64,000 bases of DNA from an uncultured Acidobacteriota bacterium (GTDB lineage Bacteria > Acidobacteriota > Thermoanaerobaculia > Multivoradales > UBA5704), in NCBI GenBank assembly GCA_963700145.1, contig OY969474.1, positions 5,024,001-5,088,000 on the forward strand, read 5' to 3'. The first letter of the stretch is position 1. The number at the start of each line of letters is the position of its first letter. A program made the translations under genes and the position numbers. Below the pieces are notes generated by a model. It ran no database searches. It was not told where the DNA came from and saw only the letters and a list, made by a program, of their open reading frames with translations. Below are positions 46,569 through 55,711 of the stretch, piece by piece.

Positions 46569-48473
46569 ATGGTGACCGAGGCCCCGAGGACCTCCGAGGA
46601 GCGCTTCCGCCTGCTGGTCGAGGGGGTGGTGGACTACGCCATCTTCATGCTCGACCCCGAGGGGCGGGTGACGACCTGGAACGCCGGCGCGCAGCGCATC
46701 AAGGGCTACACCGCCGAGGAGATCCTGGGACACCACTTCTCGCGTTTCTACCCGCCGGACGCGATCGCCACCGGCTGGCCGGACCACGAGCTGGAGGTCG
46801 CCCGCACCGTCGGCCGCTTCGAGGATGAAGGGTGGCGGCTGCGCAAGGACGGCACCCGCTTCTGGGCCAACGTCGTCATCACCGCTCTGCGCGACGAGAC
46901 CGGCACCCTCCTCGGCTTCTCCAAGATCACCCGCGACCTGACCGATCGGCGCATGCAGGAGGAGATCCTGCGCCAGAGCGAAGAGCGCTTCCGCCTGCTC
47001 GTCGAGGGGGTCCAGGACTACGCCATCTTCCTCCTCGACGACGACGGGCGGGTGGCGAGCTGGAACGCCGGCGCCGAGCGCATCAAGGGGTACGCGGCCG
47101 AGGAGATCATGGGCGAGCACTTCTCCCGCTTCTATCCGCAGCAGAAGATCGCGGCGGGGTGGCCGGAGCACGAGCTCGAGGTCGCCCGCGCCGAGGGCCG
47201 GTTCGAGGACGAGGGGTGGCGGCTGCGCAAGGACGGCACCCGCTTCTGGGCCAACGTCGTCATCACCGCCCTCCACGACCGCGAGGGGCGGCCGCGCGGC
47301 TTCGCCAAGCTGACGCGGGACCTGAGCGAGCGCAAGCGGGTCGAGGAGCTGGAGAGCGGCGAGCGGCAGATGACCGAGTTCCTGGCCATGCTGGCCCACG
47401 AGCTGCGCAACCCGCTGGCGCCGATCCGCAACGCCGTCCTCGCCCTGCAGGCCGGCTCGGCCGCGGGCCCGAGCCCGGAGTGGGCGACGCAGGTGATCGA
47501 CCGCCAGGTGACGCACCTGACGCGCCTGGTCGACGACCTGCTCGACATCAGCCGCATCACCAGCGGCAAGATCGAGCTTCAGCTCGAGCCCGTCGAGGTC
47601 GCCGACATCGTGGCCCGCGCCGTCGAGTCCAGCCGGCAGCTCATCGAGGACCGCGGCCACAGCCTCGAGGTCGCGCTGCCGGAGCAGCCGTTGTGGGTCC
47701 AGGGAGACGCCGTCCGGCTCTCCCAGGTCTTCCTCAACCTCCTCAACAACGCGGCGAAGTACACCCCGGAGGGGGGCCGCATCGAGATCGGCGCGGAGCG
47801 CGACCGCGGCCAGGTGGCGATCCGCGTGCGCGACTCCGGCGACGGCATCGCGAGGGACCTGCTGCCGCGGGTCTTCGACCTCTTCACGCAGGGGGAGCGG
47901 GCGCTCGACCGCGCGGAGGCCGGGCTGGGCGTCGGCCTGACCCTGGTGGAACGGCTGGTGCGGTGCCACGGCGGCTCGGTGGCGGCGGCGAGCGAAGGGC
48001 CCGGCCGCGGCAGCGAGTTCGTCGTCCGCCTGCCGCTGCTCGAGCGGGCGCCGGCGCGCCCGGCGGTCCCAGCGCCGGAAGCGCAGGCCCAGCCGGCCGG
48101 CGGGCGGCGGGTCCTGGTCGTGGACGACAACCGCGACTCGGCGGAGACGATGGCGGTCCTGCTGCGCCTGTGGGGGCACGAGGCGCGGAGCGCCGAGCAC
48201 GGCGCGGCGGCGCTGGCGGTGGCCCAGGAGTTCCGGCCGGAGGCCGTGCTGCTGGACATCGGGCTGCCGCAGATGGACGGCTACGAGGTGGCGCGGCGCC
48301 TGCGCGCGCTCCCGGGCCTCGACGGCGTGCTGCTGATCGCGATGACCGGCTACGGCCAAGACCAGGACCGCCGCCGCGCCCGCCGGGCGGGCTTCGACCA
48401 CCACTTGGTCAAGCCGGTCGACCCCGAGGATCTGCGGCGGCTGCTGGCTCTCGCCCCGACGCTCTCTGGTTAA
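46569..48473 (+). CDS. hybrid sensor kinase (PAS-PAS-HisKA-HATPase-REC)
   Basis: Two near-identical PAS domains (DYAIF...WNAGA...LRKDGTRFWA), LAHELRNPL, NNAAKY and LLDIGLP. Confidence 0.93.
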   Translation: MVTEAPRTSEERFRLLVEGVVDYAIFMLDPEGRVTTWNAGAQRIKGYTAEEILGHHFSRFYPPDAIATGWPDHELEVARTVGRFEDEGWRLRKDGTRFWANVVITALRDETGTLLGFSKITRDLTDRRMQEEILRQSEERFRLLVEGVQDYAIFLLDDDGRVASWNAGAERIKGYAAEEIMGEHFSRFYPQQKIAAGWPEHELEVARAEGRFEDEGWRLRKDGTRFWANVVITALHDREGRPRGFAKLTRDLSERKRVEELESGERQMTEFLAMLAHELRNPLAPIRNAVLALQAGSAAGPSPEWATQVIDRQVTHLTRLVDDLLDISRITSGKIELQLEPVEVADIVARAVESSRQLIEDRGHSLEVALPEQPLWVQGDAVRLSQVFLNLLNNAAKYTPEGGRIEIGAERDRGQVAIRVRDSGDGIARDLLPRVFDLFTQGERALDRAEAGLGVGLTLVERLVRCHGGSVAAASEGPGRGSEFVVRLPLLERAPARPAVPAPEAQAQPAGGRRVLVVDDNRDSAETMAVLLRLWGHEARSAEHGAAALAVAQEFRPEAVLLDIGLPQMDGYEVARRLRALPGLDGVLLIAMTGYGQDQDRRRARRAGFDHHLVKPVDPEDLRRLLALAPTLSG

Positions 48474-51400
48474 CCCGGCGGCGGCGCCGCCGCCGCGGGC
48501 TTGGCCTCACCCTCCAGCGGCGGTAGAGGAACGGCGGGGACCTCCCGCTCGCGTACCAGCTTGTTGAGCGCCGGCAGGTCGACGGTCCAGACCTGCTGCA
48601 GGCGCGCCAGCTCCTTGTCGATCGCCGCGACCAGCCCGTCGCGCACCGCCACCGCCTGGGCGGTCGGCGCGTTGTCGCCGGCGGCCACGGTGTCGCCGAG
48701 CGCGGCGAGCTTGTCGTTGAGGCGGATCGGGAAGTTGAGCGGATCCTGCGGGCTGCGGTTCTTGGTCTGGTAGAGCGCTTCCTCGACCGACTTCATCGTC
48801 TCGCGGATCGCCTCGACGGCCTTGGTCACCGCCTCGTCCTCCGGCTGGTCGTCGCCGAGCTGCTCCTCCAGCTCGTCGAGCTCGGCGCGCACGGCGCGGA
48901 TGCGGCCGATCTCGCGGTGGACCTGCGAGAGCTTGTCGCGGATGCCGAGGAGGAAGGCGAGCTGCGCCTCCAGGTCGGCCTGGGTGGCCGCGCCGCGCGG
49001 GTCGGCCTTCACCTCGAACGGGACGGTCACCACTTCCTTGCCGGCGGTCAGGCGCGCCTGGTAGCTGCCGGGCACGGCGCGCGGGCCGTAGATGCCGCCC
49101 CCCCAGAGGATCATCCCCTCGAAGTCCGCCGCGTCCGGGTAGCGCCCGTCCCAGACGAAGCGGTTCATGCCGGGGCTCGCCACCAGCTCGCCGACCGTCT
49201 TGTCCTTCTTCTTCTCCTTCTCTTTATTCTTCTCCGCCTCCGCAGCCTTCTCGGCCTCTTCCGGCTTCTTCTCCTCGCCCACCTCGGCCGGGGTGGTGGC
49301 GCCGGTCGCCTGCGGCGTCTGCTTCGCGCCGGGCGCGGCCGCTTCCGGCCCCTGGCTGGCCTCGGCCGGCGCGATGCCCTCGCCGGCCGGCGCCGCGGCG
49401 GGCTCCTCCCCCTTCTCCCAGGGCTTCTGTTTCCGCGCCACCACCTTCCCCTCGAAGGCGCGCACCAGCCGCCCCTGGCCGTCGAGGAACTCCAGCTTCA
49501 CTTCCGTGTCCACGGGCTGGTCGAGCCAGTAGTGGAGGAGGACACCGTTCGGCGGGTTCGTCCCCTGGTTGGGTCCGGGAGGAGGTTCCCCCTCCGCCCC
49601 GCGCATGCGCAGGCTGGGGCGCGGCGGATAGACGTGCACCGTCTTCTTCGGCGCCTCGCCCGCCAGCTGGTGCAGCGGCGTCAGGTCGTCGAGGATCCAG
49701 AAGCCGCGCCCCTGGGTGGCGGCGGCGAGGTCGCCGTCCTTCCACGCCAGGTCGGTGATCGGCACGATCGGCAGGTTGAGCTGCAGCGGCTGCCAGGCGC
49801 CGCCGTCGTCGAAGGAGACGTAGACCCCGCGCTCGGTGCCCGAGTAGAGGAGGCCGCGCCGCACCGGGTCGGCGCGCACGACGCGCGTGAAGTGGTCGGC
49901 CGGGATGCCGCGGTCGATGCGTGTCCAGCTCTTGCCGTAGTCGGCGGTCTTCCAGAGGTAGGGGCGGAAGTCGTCCGACTTGTACATCGTCGCCGCGACG
50001 TAGAGCCCGCCCTTCTCGTGCGGGCTCGCTTCGACGCTGTTGACCTGGATCCACTCCGGCATCCCCTTGGGGGTCACGGTCTGCCAGCTCGCGCCGCCGT
50101 CGCGCGAGAGGTGGACGAGGCCGTCGTCCGAGCCCGCCCAGAGGACGCCGGGCTCGAGCGGCGACTCGGCGGCGGCGAAGATCGTGCCGTAGTACTCGAC
50201 GCTGGTGTTGTCCTTGGTGATCGGCCCGCCCGAGGGGCCCATCTTGCTCTTGTCGTTGCGCGTCAGGTCGGGGCTGATGGCCTGCCAGCTCGCCCCCTCG
50301 TCGGTCGTCTTGAAGAGGACGTTGGCCGCGGCGTAGAGGGTGTCCGGGTCGTGCGGCGAGAAGAAGATCGGGTAGTTCCACTGGAAGCGGTACTTGAGGT
50401 CGGCGGCGCCGCCGCCCATCGGGTTGTCGGGCCAGGGGTCGACCGAGCGGAACGACGACGTCTCGTGGTCGTAGCGCTCGAGGTAGCCGCCGTAGGAGCC
50501 GCCGTAGACGACGTCGGGGTTCTCGAGGTCGGCGGCGATCCAGCCGCTCTCGCCGCCGGCCGTGGGCTCCCAGTCGCGCGGCCCGACGCCGCGGAAGGTG
50601 CCGCGGCTCCTGATGCGCACCGCCGAGTTGTCCTGCTGGCCGCCGAGCAGGCGGTAGGGGAAGTCGTTGTCGGTCGAGACGCGGTAGAACTGCGCCGTCG
50701 GCTGGTTGTCCTGCGGCGTCCAGGTCTCGCCGCCGTCGGTCGAGACGTTGGCGCCGCCGTCGTTGGACTCGATCATCCGCCGCGGGTCGCCGGGGTCGAT
50801 CCAGAGGTCGTGGTTGTCGCCGTGCGGGGTGCGGATGGTGGTGAAGGTCTTGCCGCCGTCCTTCGACTTGTGGAACTGGACGTTGACGACGTAGACCGTG
50901 TCGGCGTCCTTGGGGTCGGCGTAGATGCGGGTGTAGTACCAGGCGCGCTGCCGCAGGTCGCGCGACTCGTTGGTCTTGGTCCAGGTCTCGCCGCCGTCGC
51001 GCGAGCGGAAGACGCCCCCCTCGTCGGCCTCGACGATGGCGTAGACGTTCTGCGGGTCGGCGGCGGAGACGCTGACGCCGATGATGCCGAGCGTCCCCTT
51101 CGGCAGGCCGGGCTTGCGCGACAGCTCGCGCCAGGTGTCGCCGCCGTCGGTGGACTTCCAGAGCCCGGAGCCGGGGCCGCCGCTCTCGAGCGTCCAGGGG
51201 CGGCGGCGCACCCGCCAGGTCGAGGCGTAGAGGACGCGCGGGTTGACGGGGTCGAGGGCGAGGTCGACGGCGCCGGCGTCGGCGTTGACGAAGAGGACGC
51301 GCTCCCAGCTCTTGCCGCCGTTCCGGCTGCGGTAGACGCCGCGCATGTCGCTGGGGCCGAAGAGGTGGCCCAGGACGGCGGCGTAGACCAGGTCGGGGTC

Positions 51401-51874
51401 GCGCGGGTGGATGCGGAGGCGCGGCACGTGGCGCGAGTCGCCGAGCCCGACGTGGCGCCAGCTCTTGCCCGCGTCGGTCGACTTCCACACCCCGTCGCCG
51501 TGGGAGACGTTGCCGCGCACGGTCTTCTCGCCGCCGCCGACGTAGACGACGTTGGGGTCCCACTCCGACACCGCGACGGCGCCGATCGAGCCGCCGAAGT
51601 AGCCGTCCGAGACGTTCTTCCAGCTCCGCCCGCCGTCGGTCGTCTTCCACACCCCGCCGCCGGTCGAGCCGAAGTAGTAGGTCTCGCGCTGCTGCGGGAT
51701 CCCGGTCACCGCCGCGCACCGCCCGCCGCGGTACGGCCCCACCTCGCGCCAGCGCAGGGACTCGAAGAGGCGCGGGTCGGCGGGGGGCTTGGGGGCGGGG
51801 GCGGCGGCCGCCGGGACGGCAAAGGTGACGGCGGCGAGCAGAGGGAGCAGGGCGCGGCGGACGAGCGTCGGCAT
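48470..51874 (-). CDS. secreted BNR/Asp-box (VPS10/sortilin-like) glycosyl hydrolase-like protein
   Basis: Signal peptide, WREVGPYRGGR, and many SxDGGxTW repeats. Confidence 0.88.
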   Translation of the reverse strand: MPTLVRRALLPLLAAVTFAVPAAAAPAPKPPADPRLFESLRWREVGPYRGGRCAAVTGIPQQRETYYFGSTGGGVWKTTDGGRSWKNVSDGYFGGSIGAVAVSEWDPNVVYVGGGEKTVRGNVSHGDGVWKSTDAGKSWRHVGLGDSRHVPRLRIHPRDPDLVYAAVLGHLFGPSDMRGVYRSRNGGKSWERVLFVNADAGAVDLALDPVNPRVLYASTWRVRRRPWTLESGGPGSGLWKSTDGGDTWRELSRKPGLPKGTLGIIGVSVSAADPQNVYAIVEADEGGVFRSRDGGETWTKTNESRDLRQRAWYYTRIYADPKDADTVYVVNVQFHKSKDGGKTFTTIRTPHGDNHDLWIDPGDPRRMIESNDGGANVSTDGGETWTPQDNQPTAQFYRVSTDNDFPYRLLGGQQDNSAVRIRSRGTFRGVGPRDWEPTAGGESGWIAADLENPDVVYGGSYGGYLERYDHETSSFRSVDPWPDNPMGGGAADLKYRFQWNYPIFFSPHDPDTLYAAANVLFKTTDEGASWQAISPDLTRNDKSKMGPSGGPITKDNTSVEYYGTIFAAAESPLEPGVLWAGSDDGLVHLSRDGGASWQTVTPKGMPEWIQVNSVEASPHEKGGLYVAATMYKSDDFRPYLWKTADYGKSWTRIDRGIPADHFTRVVRADPVRRGLLYSGTERGVYVSFDDGGAWQPLQLNLPIVPITDLAWKDGDLAAATQGRGFWILDDLTPLHQLAGEAPKKTVHVYPPRPSLRMRGAEGEPPPGPNQGTNPPNGVLLHYWLDQPVDTEVKLEFLDGQGRLVRAFEGKVVARKQKPWEKGEEPAAAPAGEGIAPAEASQGPEAAAPGAKQTPQATGATTPAEVGEEKKPEEAEKAAEAEKNKEKEKKKDKTVGELVASPGMNRFVWDGRYPDAADFEGMILWGGGIYGPRAVPGSYQARLTAGKEVVTVPFEVKADPRGAATQADLEAQLAFLLGIRDKLSQVHREIGRIRAVRAELDELEEQLGDDQPEDEAVTKAVEAIRETMKSVEEALYQTKNRSPQDPLNFPIRLNDKLAALGDTVAAGDNAPTAQAVAVRDGLVAAIDKELARLQQVWTVDLPALNKLVREREVPAVPLPPLEGEAKPAAAAPPPG

Positions 51875-51923
51875 GAGTCCTCCAGTTCGGATGCGGGTTC
51901 TAGCACAGCCGGCGCGAGCGGGC

Positions 51924-53342
51924 CTACTCGCTGGCGGGGAGGATCTGCAGGGACTTCAGGAACTCGATGACCGCCGCCCGGTCGCCTTCGGGCAGCGCGA
52001 AGTAGGCTTCGCGGGCGGCGCGCGCCTCGCCGCCGTGAAAGTGGATCGCCTGGGTCAGCGTGGTGAGGTCGCCGCGATGGCCGTAGGGGTCGGTGTTGCC
52101 CACGTCCCACAGGCGGCGGGTCAGGAACTGGCTGCGCGGCCGGGCCTTCGGCACCTCGGTGAAAGCGGAGCTCTGGAGCACGCCGGCGAGCGTCCCCTGC
52201 GCCACCTGCTCGTTGGCGAAGTGCTGCAGCTCCGCGTCGTTCAGCTCGTGGCGCTTGAGGTCGGTGAAGGCGCGCACCAGGACGCGGCCGTCCGGCTGCC
52301 GCTCCGGGCGGGGGCCGATGCCGTCGCGCGCGAGATCGAGCACCGCCGGGCGCCGCACCTCCTCGCGGCGCAGGTTGCCGCGCGGGTTGTAGGGACCGGG
52401 CTCGGCGAAGCGCGGGTCGGCGAGCTCCAGCGCCGGCAGGTGGCAGCCGGCGCAGCCGACGCTCGCGAAGAGCCGCTCGCCGCGCGCGGCGGCCTCGCGC
52501 CGCACCGGGTGGCTGGGGAGGAGGCGGCCGGGGGTGTCGAGCGCCGCCTGGAAGAAGACCAGCGCGGTGACGTCGCCGACGGTCAGCTCGTCGCGCACGC
52601 CGTCGCCGTCGAGGTCGATCCCGGCGCCGGCGCGCTCGACGGTCTGGATGCCGTGGTGGTGGTTAAGGGCGGTGTTGGTGAAGTCGCGCAGCGAGGCGGC
52701 CGCCCCTTTCTGGTGGAAAGGGCGGACCACGAGGTCCCAATCCACGCCCTCGATCTCGCGCGGATCGACGCGGCCGTCGGGCAGCACGGTGACGGCGCCG
52801 AAGGAGACGCCTTTGGCGCGCAGCTCCCGCCGCGCCGGGGCGCCGCTCGCCTGCGCCTCGGCGCGGGCCGCTTCGCGGGCGGCGGCGAGCTCGCCGCTCA
52901 TCTCGCGCGCCAGGAGCTCGATCAGCCCCACCCCCATGAGCGACGGCGTGTTCCGCTCGTTGCTCTGGCGCGCGTCGAGCGTCTCGAGCACCGGGTCGCG
53001 CTCCTGGGCGAGCACGAAGACGTTGGCCGCGAACTCCCCGGCGCCCCCGACGCGCGGCTGGAAGTGGCAGCCGGCGCAGGAGTTGGCGTCTGGGCCGGAG
53101 GTGCGAATGAACGGCGGCTGGGTGGGGGCGCGGGGGACGCCGTGGCCGGTCGTCGCCGGGCGCCCCTGGCCGTCGAGGGCATTGAAGCGGGCCTCGAAGA
53201 GGCGGCGGCCGTGCGCCAGGAGCGCCTCGACCGCCACCTCGCCGGCCTCGATCTTCGCCTGGTCGAGGTGCTCCTCGACCGCCGGCCGCTCGCCCAGGGC
53301 GACCGCGACGACGGAGGCGAGCACCGCCGGCCGGAGCCGCAT
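51924..53342 (-). CDS. di-heme c-type cytochrome (DHOR/thiol oxidoreductase-like)
   Basis: Two CAGCH motifs, RNTPSLMGVG, FTDLKRH, LWDVG..PYGHRG, AIHFHGGEA and EFLKSL. Confidence 0.85.
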   Translation of the reverse strand: MRLRPAVLASVVAVALGERPAVEEHLDQAKIEAGEVAVEALLAHGRRLFEARFNALDGQGRPATTGHGVPRAPTQPPFIRTSGPDANSCAGCHFQPRVGGAGEFAANVFVLAQERDPVLETLDARQSNERNTPSLMGVGLIELLAREMSGELAAAREAARAEAQASGAPARRELRAKGVSFGAVTVLPDGRVDPREIEGVDWDLVVRPFHQKGAAASLRDFTNTALNHHHGIQTVERAGAGIDLDGDGVRDELTVGDVTALVFFQAALDTPGRLLPSHPVRREAAARGERLFASVGCAGCHLPALELADPRFAEPGPYNPRGNLRREEVRRPAVLDLARDGIGPRPERQPDGRVLVRAFTDLKRHELNDAELQHFANEQVAQGTLAGVLQSSAFTEVPKARPRSQFLTRRLWDVGNTDPYGHRGDLTTLTQAIHFHGGEARAAREAYFALPEGDRAAVIEFLKSLQILPASE

Positions 53343-53349
53343 TGCGCCC

Positions 53350-55071
53350 CTACCGCTCCTGCTTGCGGATCACGTTGACCACGCAGTCGGCGGTCAGCGC
53401 GGTCTTGTCGATCCCCACCGTCACCAGGTGGAGGCCCGGTGTCGTGTCGCGCGGGATCTCGAGCTCGATCGTGCCTCCCCCTTCGCGGTCGGTCTCGCCG
53501 CGGTAGACGAGCCGCGGGCCGAGGAGGGCGTGGATCGGGGCGTCCGGCTTCAGCCCTTCGAGCCGCACGCTCACCCGCTCGCCGGGGCCGACGTCGTCGG
53601 CGGGGAAGCAGTGCGGAAAGGACGGGCGCTCGAGGAAGAAGGTCGGCCCCTCGCCCCGGTCGTCGAGGAGGTCGGTTGCGCCCCGGCGGCGGTCGCCGGC
53701 GACCGCCTGGACGCGCAGCGAGCCACCCATTTGGATGCCGACGAGCTGATTCGCCAGGGTGAGGCCGATCAGGTTGTGCACCGGGACCGGACCCTGGAGC
53801 TTGCCGTCCCGCGGGCGCGTGACGTACAGCGGGTGCATCACCAGCGTCTGCAGCTCGAAGCGGAACCCGTCGCGCAGCCGGACCAGCCGCCCCTCGCGGA
53901 CGGCCCAGACAGCCCCCACGACCCGCTGCCCGCGCACCTCGGCGCGCGCCACCAGGTCGACGCCGGCGAGGTTCACGTCGCCCAGGCCGAGCTTCTCCAG
54001 CGACTGCGGGTCGGCGCCGCCGTTCTTGCCGTCGGTGTCAATGAGGAACCAGTAGAGGAGGCCCCTCGCCCGCCTGGGCAGGAGGCCGAAGAGCTGACTG
54101 GTGAGCCCGACCTCCTGCTTCTTCTCGTCGAAGGTCACGCGCACCGAGGCGAGGTCGAGGTAGGCGGGCCCGTAGGAGCTCTCGCGGACGCGGTCGGGGA
54201 TGCGGTGGGCCACCACGCTGGCGGGCACGATGACCCCCGGCGGGTCCTGCTCGAGACCGGGGACGTTGAGCGCGTTGGCGCGCAGCGCCGTCACCTCGGC
54301 GGCGTTGAGGAGGATGTTGTCGAGGTCGCCGTTGCCGTCGTTGTCGGACAGGATCGGGTTCATCAGGGCGGTGTTGTCGTTGCGATGGTTCAACGACAGG
54401 GAGTGCCCCATCTCGTGGCCGGCGTCGATGTCCAGCGAGTCGGTGACCCCGAAGGGGCCGCCGCCGTTCGGCCAGACGCGGCTGGGGGAGCCGGGATGGA
54501 GGTAGCGGTTGTCGATCACCACGACACGGCCGTCGAAGGGGGTGACGCAGTTGCCGCCGATCTCGGCGCAACCCCCCCAGCCGACGATCCCGATGTAGTT
54601 CCCGGCGGCGTCGTGAAACATGTTCGCGTTGACCATGGTGATGCCGATGCCGGCCCGCCCGATGCCGTTGTAGGCGGTGTCGCAGTTGTTCACCAAGGCG
54701 TTGAACTCGACGCCCGCGACGTTGACGTCCTCGCCGCGCATGTCGCCCGGCACGCCGAGCGTCGTGTCGGGGTCGGCGATCTCCGGGAAGTCGAGGACCG
54801 TCCAGGCGTTGTTGATCGAGGAGCGGAAGGTGATGCCGGCCTGGTTCACGTAGATGGCGTCGGTGGGCCGCTCGTGACGGCGCCAGAGGATGTCGTCGGT
54901 CGCGGTATCGCCGGCGATGTTCGGCGTCGCCTCCGCCGGGCTGCCGGTGACGACGCACCAGGAGGTCGGAACGTGGAGCGTGTTCTGGCCGTTCCAGGTG
55001 CCTACGGCTTCGGCGGGGGCCGAGGCCAGGGTGACGAGGGTGAGGACGATGACCGCGGAGCGGTGTCGCAT
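53350..55071 (-). CDS. secreted zinc-metalloprotease-like protein
   Basis: RBS ggagg, signal peptide, HEMGHSLSLNH followed by ALM (Met-turn-like), and beta-rich C-terminal domains. Confidence 0.72.
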   Translation of the reverse strand: MRHRSAVIVLTLVTLASAPAEAVGTWNGQNTLHVPTSWCVVTGSPAEATPNIAGDTATDDILWRRHERPTDAIYVNQAGITFRSSINNAWTVLDFPEIADPDTTLGVPGDMRGEDVNVAGVEFNALVNNCDTAYNGIGRAGIGITMVNANMFHDAAGNYIGIVGWGGCAEIGGNCVTPFDGRVVVIDNRYLHPGSPSRVWPNGGGPFGVTDSLDIDAGHEMGHSLSLNHRNDNTALMNPILSDNDGNGDLDNILLNAAEVTALRANALNVPGLEQDPPGVIVPASVVAHRIPDRVRESSYGPAYLDLASVRVTFDEKKQEVGLTSQLFGLLPRRARGLLYWFLIDTDGKNGGADPQSLEKLGLGDVNLAGVDLVARAEVRGQRVVGAVWAVREGRLVRLRDGFRFELQTLVMHPLYVTRPRDGKLQGPVPVHNLIGLTLANQLVGIQMGGSLRVQAVAGDRRRGATDLLDDRGEGPTFFLERPSFPHCFPADDVGPGERVSVRLEGLKPDAPIHALLGPRLVYRGETDREGGGTIELEIPRDTTPGLHLVTVGIDKTALTADCVVNVIRKQER

Positions 55072-55127
55072 GGGTTGCCTCCCTTTCGCGTGATGCTGCG
55101 AAGAGAGAGGCGACCGGCCGGCAGGAA

Positions 55128-55149
55128 CGTTACAGCGCGCGCTGCAACG
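55128..55149. promoter_or_regulatory. 22-bp near-perfect palindrome, candidate operator
   Basis: cgttacagcgcgcgctgcaacg, between the dual-HTH gene and the protease gene. Confidence 0.4.
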
Positions 55150-55159
55150 CGCGTAAACG

Positions 55160-55621
55160 CTACGGGTAGTCGTCGAGCGTGTCGAAGGGCAAGCCGCAGG
55201 GGTAGAAGAGGTTGAAGACCGGCTGCTCGATCAGCTCGGCGAAGCGCAGGAGGAGAGGGCCCTGCTCCTCCAGCGGAGTCGCGCCCTCTTCGATCGCGCG
55301 GTACTCGTCGGCGGAGACCTCCATCGCGGCGGCCATCTCCTCGACGGTCTTGCCGCGGCGCTCGCGGTGCTGCCGGATCAGCCGCCCGGCCTGGCCGGGG
55401 CGGCAGTCGGCGGCGCGGCCGCTCTCGGCGAGGAGACGCGAGGTGGGCGTCTCGAGGGCGATCGCGATCTTGCCGAGGCGCGGCCCCCAGACCTCGGCCG
55501 GCGAGGCTCCCGCCTCCATCTCGGCGTAGCGCTCCTCGGGGATGCCGAGCGCCTCCGCCACCCTCTCGGGCGCCAGCTTCTTCTTCTCCCGCTCCTTGCG
55601 CAGCACGTCGCCCAGCTTCAT
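55160..55621 (-). CDS. XRE-family regulator with two tandem HTH domains
   Basis: LGDVLRKERE...YAEMEAG and AGRLIRQHRE...YRAIEEG; RBS gaggag. Confidence 0.82.
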   Translation of the reverse strand: MKLGDVLRKEREKKKLAPERVAEALGIPEERYAEMEAGASPAEVWGPRLGKIAIALETPTSRLLAESGRAADCRPGQAGRLIRQHRERRGKTVEEMAAAMEVSADEYRAIEEGATPLEEQGPLLLRFAELIEQPVFNLFYPCGLPFDTLDDYP

Positions 55622-55711
55622 GGTCTCGCCCTCCTCGTCCGATGGCTACGTGCGGGGCGGCACGGGTAGGGGGACAGTACCGCACGTATGATCTCCCCGA
55701 GGAGCCCAGCC

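Noticed and set aside
46590-47340. ~370-bp direct DNA repeat inside the hybrid kinase
   Set aside because: Explained by tandem PAS-domain duplication, which is common in this kinase family; no reverse transcriptase or adenine-specific variation suggests a DGR.
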